From a virus, in the IMG/VR virus record IMGVR_UViG_3300043493_000021, positions 79-64,078 of that record: a stretch of DNA of 64,000 nucleotides; one strand, given 5' to 3'. Position numbers and translations under genes: made by a program. Shown here in pieces: positions 1 to 9,700 of the stretch (its first letter is position 1; each line of letters begins with the position of its first letter). The notes under the pieces were generated by a model that was given only the letters and a program-made list of their open reading frames with translations, searched no databases and had not been told where the DNA came from.

Positions 1-584
1 TGGCCGTGCCCGGCACTGACTGGCTCGGTCGCGATGGCCCAGGGGTATTGGACCCCACTCCCGCCCGGTGTGTAGGAGGTGCCTTGCCCGAGCGGGGCGA
101 AGGTCGACCGCGAGGTGACGTCGTTCGGCTGGATGAACCAGAAGCCGAGGTTCTTGATCGTCGGGCCGGGGTCGATGAACGATCCGGTGCAATAGATAAC
201 GGACTCGGCGTTGCGGTCGAAGTTGTCGAAGATCAGAAGGTAGGTGCTTCCCTCGCCGTCGCCGAAGAACGATTGCCCGTCGGTGAGCCGGATCTGTTTG
301 TCGACCCGGTAGCTTCCCGTGGGGAGGTAGACGCCGAGCCGATGGCCGTTCGGGCCCATGAAAGAAGCGGCCTGATTGATCGCGTCCGAGCTATCGGTTT
401 GCCCGGTGGGGTCCGCTCCGTAAGCGAGGACGTTGACGTATCCCGCGTTCCAGATCCCGACGGCCTGGTCGAGGGTGTCAAAATTCTGATTGTAATGGTC
501 ACCCCACCTCCCCGCATCCTTCTTGTAGTTCGGCTTGAAGAGACCGAGCCGGGGGGTCGTGGAGAAGTCAGCGCCGCCGTCCAT
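1..584 (-). CDS. Tailspike/depolymerase, pectate lyase-3-like beta-helix protein (runs off the window edge)
   Basis: Hand translation from ATG 584 gives MDGGADFSTTPRLGLFKPNY...VNVLAYGADPTGQTDSSDAINQA...VYLPTGSYRVDKQIRL...FFGDG, which matches the Pectate_lyase_3 N-terminal motif. The frame stays open to the left edge. Not in the ORF track. Confidence 0.75.
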   Translation of the reverse strand, partial: MDGGADFSTTPRLGLFKPNYKKDAGRWGDHYNQNFDTLDQAVGIWNAGYVNVLAYGADPTGQTDSSDAINQAASFMGPNGHRLGVYLPTGSYRVDKQIRLTDGQSFFGDGEGSTYLLIFDNFDRNAESVIYCTGSFIDPGPTIKNLGFWFIQPNDVTSRSTFAPLGQGTSYTPGGSGVQYPWAIATEPVSAGHG

Positions 585-597
585 TGCTATTCCCCGG

Positions 598-3174
598 TCA
601 TGTGGTGATCGAGATGAGTTCGGCGTTCGACAAGCCGCGTGGCCAGTAGACGACGCGCCGGATGTAGCCGTTCAGCGGGCCGTCCCCGAGCGGGGCATGA
701 TTGCCGATGCACAATATGTTCGTGTCGGTGATCGCGGTGAAGGCGACCGTGCCGATCGCATTGGCGTTGAACGATCCAGACGCGGTCAGCGAGACTGGCC
801 ACGACCCGGCGATCTTGGAGATGCCGTTCGATGCCGTGCCGACGAGGTCGCCACGCGCGACGACGTTGTTGAGCTTCGAGATAAACGCCTGACCCGTGTT
901 GTTGGTCTCGCGCGCCCTCAGCCACATCGTTGTTTGCGCGATGTTCGCGCCCTGGTTCGTCAGCCCGACGACATCGTGCGGCCCGACCGCGTCGAAGGCG
1001 CGGGGGTAGATGAACTCGGCGAAGAGCGAACTCTCACGCGCGTTGAACCACGCCCCGACCGGCACGGCCACGTTATCGATGGCCCTGGTGAGCCCAACCG
1101 TCGTCGTGGGAATGAGGCTACTCACCGTGCCGCCCACCTCGACCTGGGCTCCCCACAGATATGTTCCTTCGCCCGGGACACCGACGTAAGCGGGGCCGTA
1201 AAATCCAGCCAGCGGCGTGTTGCAGTTGTTTATTCCGAGGCGGACTTGCGTCGTGCTCCCGCCCGCCACGCAACCCGGCATGACACACCGGTAAATTCCG
1301 TTGCCAACACTGGTGATGGTTCCGCCGCCAGCGGCCACCGTGCCGGTCAGTAAATCGAAGTTATTGATCGCCGCCGGTTGCCCGCCACCCAGATCATCGA
1401 AGATCAGTTGCAAGTATCTGATCTCTCCCATCTTGGCGTAGACGGAACATGTGTAGGTGCCATTCGGTATCCCCACGCCGATGGCCTGATAGCCATGAAA
1501 TGAATTGGTCGCGTCATTATCCATCTTCGTGAATGTATTGGTGCCGTCGGGCGCGACGCCGACGCCAGGGGTGAGCGTCGCTGCGTTCTGGAACCACCCG
1601 GATCCCGGCGTGCTCGGGAACACAAGATTGGTTCGCGCGGCCTCGATCAGCAAACCGTTGAGGACTTTGGTGGCGGGGTCGTAGTCCCACCGAGGCTGGT
1701 CGATCGCCGCCGCCCGCATGACCCCGGCGCTATCGGTGTAGGTTCCCGTGCTCGCCCGGCTGAACCGGACATGCGGATCGAGCGCGCCGGGGGTCAGAAA
1801 GCTCATGTCGAGCGTCGGCCCGAGGAAGGTGACGGCTTGCATGTCGGTGTCCGGAAGCACCCTCGGCCAGTAGGAGACGCGGCGGATGTAGCCACTGGCG
1901 TTATTGGCTCCGCCATTCACCACATCGACCGTGAAGATCTTTATGCCGTTGGTCGCGAACTGAGCGTATCCAGCACTTAGGGTAGCGCTGGTCGCGATCG
2001 GTCCCGCGTTCGCGCATATTTTCGCCTGACCCGGGGCCCAGGATGACACGGCCTTGGAGACCACATTCGGGAAGACACCATTGGCCGTGGTCAGGATATT
2101 GGACCCATCGAACTGACCCATGGCATTCGCGCTGGCGGATAAATAAATCGGGGTCGCATCTCCAGCGTTGATCCCACTTCCGATCACGCGACCGTTGGTT
2201 GGAGTTTGCATGAAAGAAACGAACTCCGCGAACCACGTCCCGGCTGACCCACTGAAGCCACTCAGAGCGGCTCCCGGATAAAGCAAAACGTCTTGCGACC
2301 GCTGAACCGAGGTAACGGTCGTGGGAATATAGCTACTCGCGTATTTGTTGATCTCGCATTGCGCGCCCCAGATCAGGATGCCGTTGCCGGGGGTGCCCAC
2401 ATAGGGGGGGAAACCGCCTCCGAGATTGTCTTTCGTCAGAGAGGCCAGAAGTCTACCGCTCGTGGCGGTGCCGAGCACGCCGGTAACCATGCAACGATAC
2501 ACGCCGTTGCCGACATGACGTATCGACGCGGTCGTGCCCCCGGCGACGGCCCCGATCGCTCCCGCCAGCAAATCGAAGTTCGCGGACACGGAGATACTTA
2601 CACCATCATCGATACCCCAGATGAGGTAACGATTTTGCGCCGCCTTGGCGTAGATGCTCATGGTCAAGGTCGCGGACGCGGGGAACGGGATGTTGATCAC
2701 AATCAACGTGTGGAAATTGTTGGCGGCGTCTTCCGCCAGTTTGACCATGGTGTTCGTGCCGTCCGGCGCGATGCCGGATCCGGGAGTGAGCGTCGCGTTC
2801 AGCGCTTGCCATGGCGAACCAAACGTCGCGGACGGCCAGGCGAGGTTCGTGCTGGCGTCCTCGATCAGAAGCCCTCGGGCCTCCAGCGTCGCCGGGTCGT
2901 AGTCGAAACGAGGCGTGTTGATCGCCGCCGAGACCATCACGCCGCTACTATTGAAATAGGTTCCGGTGGTCGCCCGCGTGAATGTGCCGCCGGATCCGAG
3001 ACTTTCGCCCATGAAGCTCCGGTCGAACGTCGGGCTTCGCGATGATGCCAGGGGGCCGGGGCCGAGCTTCTGGTAAGCGCCCGCGTTCCCTCCCAGGGGG
3101 ACGGGTTGGGCCAGCGCACTCGACGCGGCGAGCGCGGACGCCCCGCTCAGAAGGTGTCGGCGGGAGAGGTTCAC
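598..3174 (-). CDS. Fibre/spike-like protein with two tandem lectin-like (ConA/LamG-type) modules and an N-terminal Tat signal
   Basis: Two diverged copies of F(T/S)RA(T/S)TGTY..S.GVM..AAI..PR(F/W)DYDPAT....GLLIE...TNL. N-terminus MNLSRRHLLSGASALAASSALA-Q. The GTG start overlaps the upstream stop (GTGA). Confidence 0.7.
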   Translation of the reverse strand: MNLSRRHLLSGASALAASSALAQPVPLGGNAGAYQKLGPGPLASSRSPTFDRSFMGESLGSGGTFTRATTGTYFNSSGVMVSAAINTPRFDYDPATLEARGLLIEDASTNLAWPSATFGSPWQALNATLTPGSGIAPDGTNTMVKLAEDAANNFHTLIVINIPFPASATLTMSIYAKAAQNRYLIWGIDDGVSISVSANFDLLAGAIGAVAGGTTASIRHVGNGVYRCMVTGVLGTATSGRLLASLTKDNLGGGFPPYVGTPGNGILIWGAQCEINKYASSYIPTTVTSVQRSQDVLLYPGAALSGFSGSAGTWFAEFVSFMQTPTNGRVIGSGINAGDATPIYLSASANAMGQFDGSNILTTANGVFPNVVSKAVSSWAPGQAKICANAGPIATSATLSAGYAQFATNGIKIFTVDVVNGGANNASGYIRRVSYWPRVLPDTDMQAVTFLGPTLDMSFLTPGALDPHVRFSRASTGTYTDSAGVMRAAAIDQPRWDYDPATKVLNGLLIEAARTNLVFPSTPGSGWFQNAATLTPGVGVAPDGTNTFTKMDNDATNSFHGYQAIGVGIPNGTYTCSVYAKMGEIRYLQLIFDDLGGGQPAAINNFDLLTGTVAAGGGTITSVGNGIYRCVMPGCVAGGSTTQVRLGINNCNTPLAGFYGPAYVGVPGEGTYLWGAQVEVGGTVSSLIPTTTVGLTRAIDNVAVPVGAWFNARESSLFAEFIYPRAFDAVGPHDVVGLTNQGANIAQTTMWLRARETNNTGQAFISKLNNVVARGDLVGTASNGISKIAGSWPVSLTASGSFNANAIGTVAFTAITDTNILCIGNHAPLGDGPLNGYIRRVVYWPRGLSNAELISITT

Positions 3175-3635
3175 TTCAGGCCGTAGCCGCTGAACTGATG
3201 GCCCGCGTCAGATGTCACGACGGAGACGGCACCAGCGGCGGGGGTGATCACGTAGCCCTGGCCTGGCACGATGCAGGTCGTGTCCCCGCTCGACGTCGTC
3301 CCGGAAGCGACCCCGATCTCGTTGACGCACATATTGACCGTCGCCGAGGGTGGGTTCTGGAGGAAGCCTCCAGCGGTCCGATTGCCCGCCGCGATCGCGG
3401 TGACGGCGGCGTTGCCCGTGGTCACCGTCTTCACGTCGAGGGTGACGATGGTCCGTGCCGCCGGGCTGGTCTGGATGGATCCCGTGCCGGGCGTTCCGCC
3501 GGAAGCTCCGGTCGCGGGCACCCATTTGGTGCCGTCGAAGACGTAGTTGAAGGCTTCGTGACCACCCGGCACTGACTGAGCCGAGGCGGATCCGGCGATG
3601 AGGAGGGCCGTGAAAGCGGCGAGAAGCCAGCGCAT
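3171..3635 (-). CDS. Exported hypothetical protein (Sec signal peptide), beta-rich
   Basis: MRWLLAAFTALLIAGSASA-QS; Thr/Gly/Val-rich 154-aa ORF coupled to the downstream gene. Confidence 0.75.
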   Translation of the reverse strand: MRWLLAAFTALLIAGSASAQSVPGGHEAFNYVFDGTKWVPATGASGGTPGTGSIQTSPAARTIVTLDVKTVTTGNAAVTAIAAGNRTAGGFLQNPPSATVNMCVNEIGVASGTTSSGDTTCIVPGQGYVITPAAGAVSVVTSDAGHQFSGYGLK

Positions 3636-3658
3636 GGCGGGTCTCCGTCTGACCCTTC

Positions 3659-3716
3659 CTTGGCCCCGGAGCGGGACGGGAATGGCCGGTTTCAGGAGCC
3701 CGGTCCGGCGCGGACC
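3659..3716 (-). promoter_or_regulatory. Conserved structured leader element, copy A
   Basis: Minus strand: GGTCC-GCGCC-GGACC hairpin, 22-nt spacer, then CCGTCCCGCTCCGGGGCCAAG (21 nt identical to 29107-29127), ending 24 nt before ATG 3635. Confidence 0.6.
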
Positions 3717-3719
3717 TGA

Positions 3720-6700
3720 CTATTCGGTGGTCTCAAGCTCTCTAGCAGGTTTTTCTTTTACCCCGTAACTCCTGCGGATTACCTCGGAGCGATCGAGTTG
3801 TTTCTGATCCTCGCGACGAGCGGCGCGTCGTTCACCGAGTTGCGCGGCCTTCTCGGCGGCGGCGTTCCCCGCGTCGGGGCGGAGCCAGTCGACGATCTTG
3901 CTGGCGCGGCCCGCCTCTTCGCCCGCGTCGGTCAGCATCTTCGTCGCCTCTTCGTCCTTGCCGTCGTTCACCAGACGTTGCACCTCGGGCATGATCTCGG
4001 CGGTGTCGAATTTGATCATGTCTTCCCGCTTCTTGTTCGATCCGGCGGATGGCCCATACGGATAGCCGCGCGAGAGCGAACCAATCCCGGAGAAGTTGAG
4101 GAGCACCCGGGCGACGGCGAGCCCTCGTTCCCTCGCCGTGGGAGGGGCGTTCCCGACCCAGTGCGAACCCGGAGCGTTCATCGCGATGTAGATGTCCCTC
4201 TCCATTTCGATGGGGAACATCACATGGCTCATGTGTTTGGCGGTGCGCCAGACGTTCTTCAGATCGAAAGCATCGTCGGTCGGACGGCGATAGTCATGGC
4301 CGTAGTCGTCCTTGCCCGACATGAACTGGTTCGCGGCCTTATACATCGTGCTTTGCTTGCGTTCGAGGGTGCCCGCGAAATCGGAGATCCAATCGATCAG
4401 TTCCTCGCCGACCTTGCCCAGCGGCGTCCGCATGTAGAGGTATTGCGGGGTGGATCCGTAAGGCATGACCCGGGCCCGGTTCGTCTTCCCTGGTTCGTTG
4501 TCGGCCATCGGAAGGAGCCGGTTGATGGTCGATGGGATGAACAAAGATTTGAGCGGATTTTCCATGACGTAGTTCACCGTCTCATGGAAGCGCCGGACAT
4601 AACCCTCGGGGACGCTTTCTTCCGACTCCTTGTCATTCATATAATTATAGACCGCCTGGGAAGCGTGCTGGATCAGCATCCCGAGCATGTAGAACGCGAG
4701 CATATCGAGCGCGCCCGTCCACTGGGCCTTCCCCCGCATCCACTTCCTGAACTTTTTCGCCGCCTCCGGACCGGCCTCGGCTTCGACGTGATTGACGATG
4801 TGCATCGGCGCACCGGTCACCACGTCTTTGATGATGCCGAGGTTGCCGCCCGTGAACGACCGCGAGAACAAAAGGAACTGGGCGAGGGTGTTGGCGAGAC
4901 GCGACATGCCCTCGGGAGGGAGCGCCCCGGCATAGCGGTTCGCGAGATGCGCCGCCGCCGTGTAAGCCGCCGTCGGATGCCACCCAGCGGCCAGCCGATC
5001 CTCGGCGACCGCGAGACCGATGGCGATCTGGAGATCCATGACCCGGTTCCAGAGAAGCGTATTCATGGGGTGACGGATCAGCGCGGCCATGGCCTGACCG
5101 CCACGCGGAGCCTTCCCCGCGAAGTTGGCCAGGGCGTTGCGGATGTCCACGACGGCCTCGCCCACCAGGCCGAACCGCGATTTGTAAGTGAACTCGTTCA
5201 TCAGCGAGACGGGATCGCCGATGAAACCGCGCATGACCGGTGCCATGCCGTGTGCCACCAGCGTATCGATCCGGGGATCTTCCGCCATTCTGGCTCGCCG
5301 CCCGACGGCCAGGGCGGTGAGAGCGACGAACTTGCCCCCGGTAAATAGCGGGCCCGCCCGGCCAAGCTCGACCTGAAGATGGATCAGCGGGGATTGCATG
5401 ACGAAGTGGGTGCTGACCGCTTTCACGGCCATGAACCCCCGCATCAGGGCTCCCGGAGCGGCCCGGAAGACCGCGTCCAGCGGGGCCCGGAAGGCTTCGT
5501 CGATGAAGATGGCTTGCTTCTCGAAGACCGGGTTGCCCTTCGAGTCTTCGACGACCTTCCCGTAACGATCGAACGTCGGAACCATCTTATACATGGAGGG
5601 GTGACCGGCCATGTAGAACCCTCGTTTAGGGGGGGCTCCCGACGTCTGGGTATAGCCAGCCGCGATGCCATTCTTCGTGAGGGACATGATCGCCTGAAGC
5701 AAATCATGCCCGGCGATGGCCGCGTGGATCCGCTCCAGAGCGCCGACGAGGCCGACGATGTCGTCGACCAGTTGGACGTTTGGACCATACTTCGCACGCG
5801 CCGCGTCGAGCGTGTCCTGGATCTCCTCATAGTTCCGGAACCGGGGGATCTCGGTCGTCAGGTTGGTGCCGAACGGGTGCATATCTGGCGTCGGCGTGCG
5901 GCCCCATCGCGCTCGCGGCGTTCCGCCCGGAAGGATCGCGTCGTCCTTGATGATGCGCCGCGCCTTCTTGCCGGGCTCCATGATCACCAGTTGCCGGGGC
6001 ATCCAGTAAGCCCAGCCCTCGGCGTTGGGATCGACCATTCCCCGGCTCTTCAGTTGATTCCAGTAGTCTTCCTGGATCGCTTTCAGACCATTGACGAGAG
6101 CCTTGCCTTTCGGTCCGAGCCCCTCGACGCCCATCTGGGTCGCGTCCCACCGGGCCCGCATCTGGGCCTCGTAACCCGGCTGGGGAAGCGGGGATGTGGT
6201 CGCGAGTTCACGGGCAAGCTTACGCTCGAAGACCGATTGCTCGGCGACCGCGCGTCCGATCGCCCATCGCTCGTCGATCTTCTGGGTGTCGCGGATCATC
6301 TGGGCCAGTTGGCCGAACTTGCGCTGACCCTGACGGATGTTGTTGGCGAATTTGAACGCCTCCTCCCCCGCCTCCTTCGGACCGAGGCGGAGCGGGGCCA
6401 CGAACTCCAGATAGTAGTGGCGGGCGTCTTCGTATTTCGGCTGATCCTGGACCCACTTAACCAGATCCTTGATCGGCTTCCCGGCTTCGAGCCCGAAGGC
6501 GTTATCTACTTCCTGGGTGGAGAATAGTCGGCCCTGGACTGCTCTTGGAGCGACCACCGGACTCCCTCCAGCGCCTGGACCACCTCCGGTGGGTGCGGCT
6601 GGGGCATTGCTTCCAGTCGGCGTTGGAAGTCCAGCAACTCGCTTCGCGGTTGGAACGGCGAGGGTATATCGATCATGTAGTCCACGGCTGGCTCTCCTCA

Positions 6701-9700
6701 TGGCGTCCAACGCCACGTCTGGAAGGATATATGTAGACGAATAGTTAATAATTCCATCCTGGGCCAGGAGTCGATTCAACGCATCGCCATACGCGATTTG
6801 CACCTCCGCATGTGTCATATCCCCGAGCACCATCAGCTTTTGGAAGATCGGGATCATCTCTTGCCGGTAGCCTTCATGCGATCTGGCCAGCGCGTTTCCG
6901 AAGCCGTTCGCCATGTAAGGGTTTTCGGTTCGCTGACTCGGATCCGGTAGCGATACGGTGAAGGTGTGTCCCGCCGGGATGTGGGCGACGACATTGGTTA
7001 TGCCAGGCGACGTCAGCATTTGCAGGTCGCCCGCCGAGATCGAGGTTTCGTTCGGGTGGTTGTGGTGGATCGTGTAGGCGTCGACCGCGCCGTAAGTGTG
7101 CGCCCGTTTGAAGGAGACGGTCAGCCGTTCGTTGGCCGTCCCGGCATGGATGATCCGCCCCGTGGCGTTCTCGACGACGGCGAGATGTTCAAACCCGGTC
7201 TGAGCGCCTCGGGAGAGCACGAACTCCATCGCCGCCTCATGCCCACCATCCGGATTTTGGACGAGGTGAAGCTCATCGGTGAAGTTCGGCACCTCGTCGT
7301 GCGCCCATTTTGAAACCGGTGGCGGCGGAGCGGGGGGTGCCGGTGTCGCGGCGCGGGGCTCGAAGAGACCGGCTTGCTCGACCCTCGGGGCGAACAATCC
7401 CTCGTCGGCGGCTTTCTGGTTTGGCTTCGTCAGACGTCCGGTCCCGGTCTGATCCCGCGCGATCTGGGCCTGAGCCGCCGACGGCCTCATCCCCGGCATC
7501 TCGACCTGGTTCGGATCGTTGCGGATCGTCGGCTCGCGCGGACCCCTCCCGGCGGACAAGTCGCCTTGCTTTTGTTCGACCGATTGATCTTCCCACGGGA
7601 CTTCCGTGACTTTCGATACTACGTCGTGGTGGAACTCGTGGCCTCTCGCCACGTCATGCGCCTCCAGCCGATCCTTGAAGTCTCCGACTTTATACCATGG
7701 CGGCTCTGGCTCGCCCGGCCTTGGTTCCGGGCGAGTATGAACGGTCCAAAGCGAGCCGGATGACTCAGCTTCAGGTTGATCCATTTCCCTTCTGGCCCGA
7801 GCCATGGCTCTTCGGCTGGGGACCGGCCTCATGCTTCGGAACGACCCAGGCGTGTTCGCCAGCATTCCGTTCTCGACCCCCGGCGCGTATTGCCGGGCTC
7901 CGTATCCCTCGTAGATCCGCCCCGAAGCGTCGCGGCCAAAGAGCCGTTGGATGGCCTGGACGAAGCGGCGGAAGATGTCGCGGAAGTGCGACCAGATCGA
8001 CCGGACGACGGCGTCCTGGATGTCCATCTCGTTGAAATGACGGTCCGTCATCGTCTCCGCGAAATACTCGGAGAGGTTCGTGTAACGGTAATTCTCGCGG
8101 GTTACCCGCATCCGAACCCGTGGATTGGCGGTGCCCGCTCCGGTGACCGTGACGCTCCTCATGGCCTCCGGATTTTGACCGTGCCGGGTGATCCAGTCGA
8201 CGGCATTCAGATCGGTCAGTTCCCGGCGTAGCTGGCCCTGGCCGTCCATAAACTCCCGCATCCCGGGGTTGTTTCTGAACCACCGCTCCCGCTGACGATG
8301 AAACTCCCTCGCGAGCGCGAGCCGATCTTCCCGGGGTAGCATCCGCTCCAGCGAATGCCACAACTCATGGACCATCGTATGCGGCACCGAGCCGTTGTCG
8401 ATCGCCGCCCGGAATAGAGAAACGACATGGCTCAGGGGGTCGTATAGCCCCGCCGCGCCATGGCCATGTTGCAAGATCCGGAGGCCGACATCGGTGAACA
8501 TATGCTCGCCGATGAACTGGATGAACTGATCAACCTCCCTGATCGCATCAGGATGGATCGTCGACGGTGGACGGTCCGCATGTTGCCGCGACCGATCCAG
8601 GTTCGCTTGCATCCGAAGCCGGTTGATCATCGCCTCGGGGCCGCGACGGATCACACCCACCCGAGAATTATTAAGAGCGGTCCGCATCGGGGCCATACCA
8701 CCGGCCCTCGGCGCGAGGGAGAAGAAGCCGCCCTGGCCCTCTACTGGGGGTTCTGGGCCTTCGCCCGCTTCTCCAACGCCACCAGAAGTATCGCCTGGTC
8801 GTACAGCTTCGTTCTCTCCGCGTCGGACAATCCCACGGACCTGGGTGAGGAACTGGCTGACGAGGCCGGGGAGGGCTTTCCCTCCTGCAAGGTCTGAAGC
8901 GAGCCCGGTAAGCGCGTCAGAGATTGGCCCTTTAGAACTGGCTTGCCGTTCAAGAATATCGAGAAGTTGCTCATTCTCGGTTTTAGCCCGGACGTTACCC
9001 TCGCGGTCAAGCTGATTGCCCGCCGCCGTCAATGACTCCTCGCCCCGGACCGCCGCGCCGAAGACCCGCTTGTTGCCACGCAGGTTGGCCTTCGCCCGGT
9101 CCAGAATGCGCGCCCGCTGGGGAAAGAGCGACTGGATGGTCGGGCCCATGCCCTCCATCTCGGTCTGACCGCCCTCGACATCGCGCGTATAGCCGGTCGC
9201 GACGATGTCTTTGACGATGCTCCGCGCTTGCTCGGAATTGTTCGGCTCCGCACGCGCCAGCACTGAGAGAGCGGCTACCTGCTGGGCCGGATCGGCGATC
9301 AGATCGCCGACGTGCGCCGCGTATCCGGGGGGCACGATGCCGTTGACGACGATGCCGAATGCCTCATCGCCGAGCTTGGCCAGCGCGTTGCCTTGCTGGA
9401 CCATCTGGCTCCGGGGCGGGAGCGAGGGGAGCGCGCGATCTCCCGGAAGCGCCACCTTGGCGCGAAGAACTTTGGCCGCGTCGATCGCGGTGCCGCTTCC
9501 CTCGGCGATGTTCTTGTAGGCCGCGAGCACGCGCATGTGTTCTGGCGTGTAGCCGTCCGCCTCGCGGTAGACGCGGGCTGGCATCTCGACATTTGGCTGA
9601 CCGGCGGCGGTCGCCCGGGTCGCGAGATCGTGCCGCTGGTGACCGTCGGCCACCCAATACTGACCGGAGTTGTCTTGCCAGGCCATGATCGGGCTGGCGA

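Noticed and set aside
598-3174. Duplicated module as a diversity-generating retroelement TR/VR pair
   Set aside because: The copies differ at many non-adenine positions, both are in-frame coding, and no reverse transcriptase is present.
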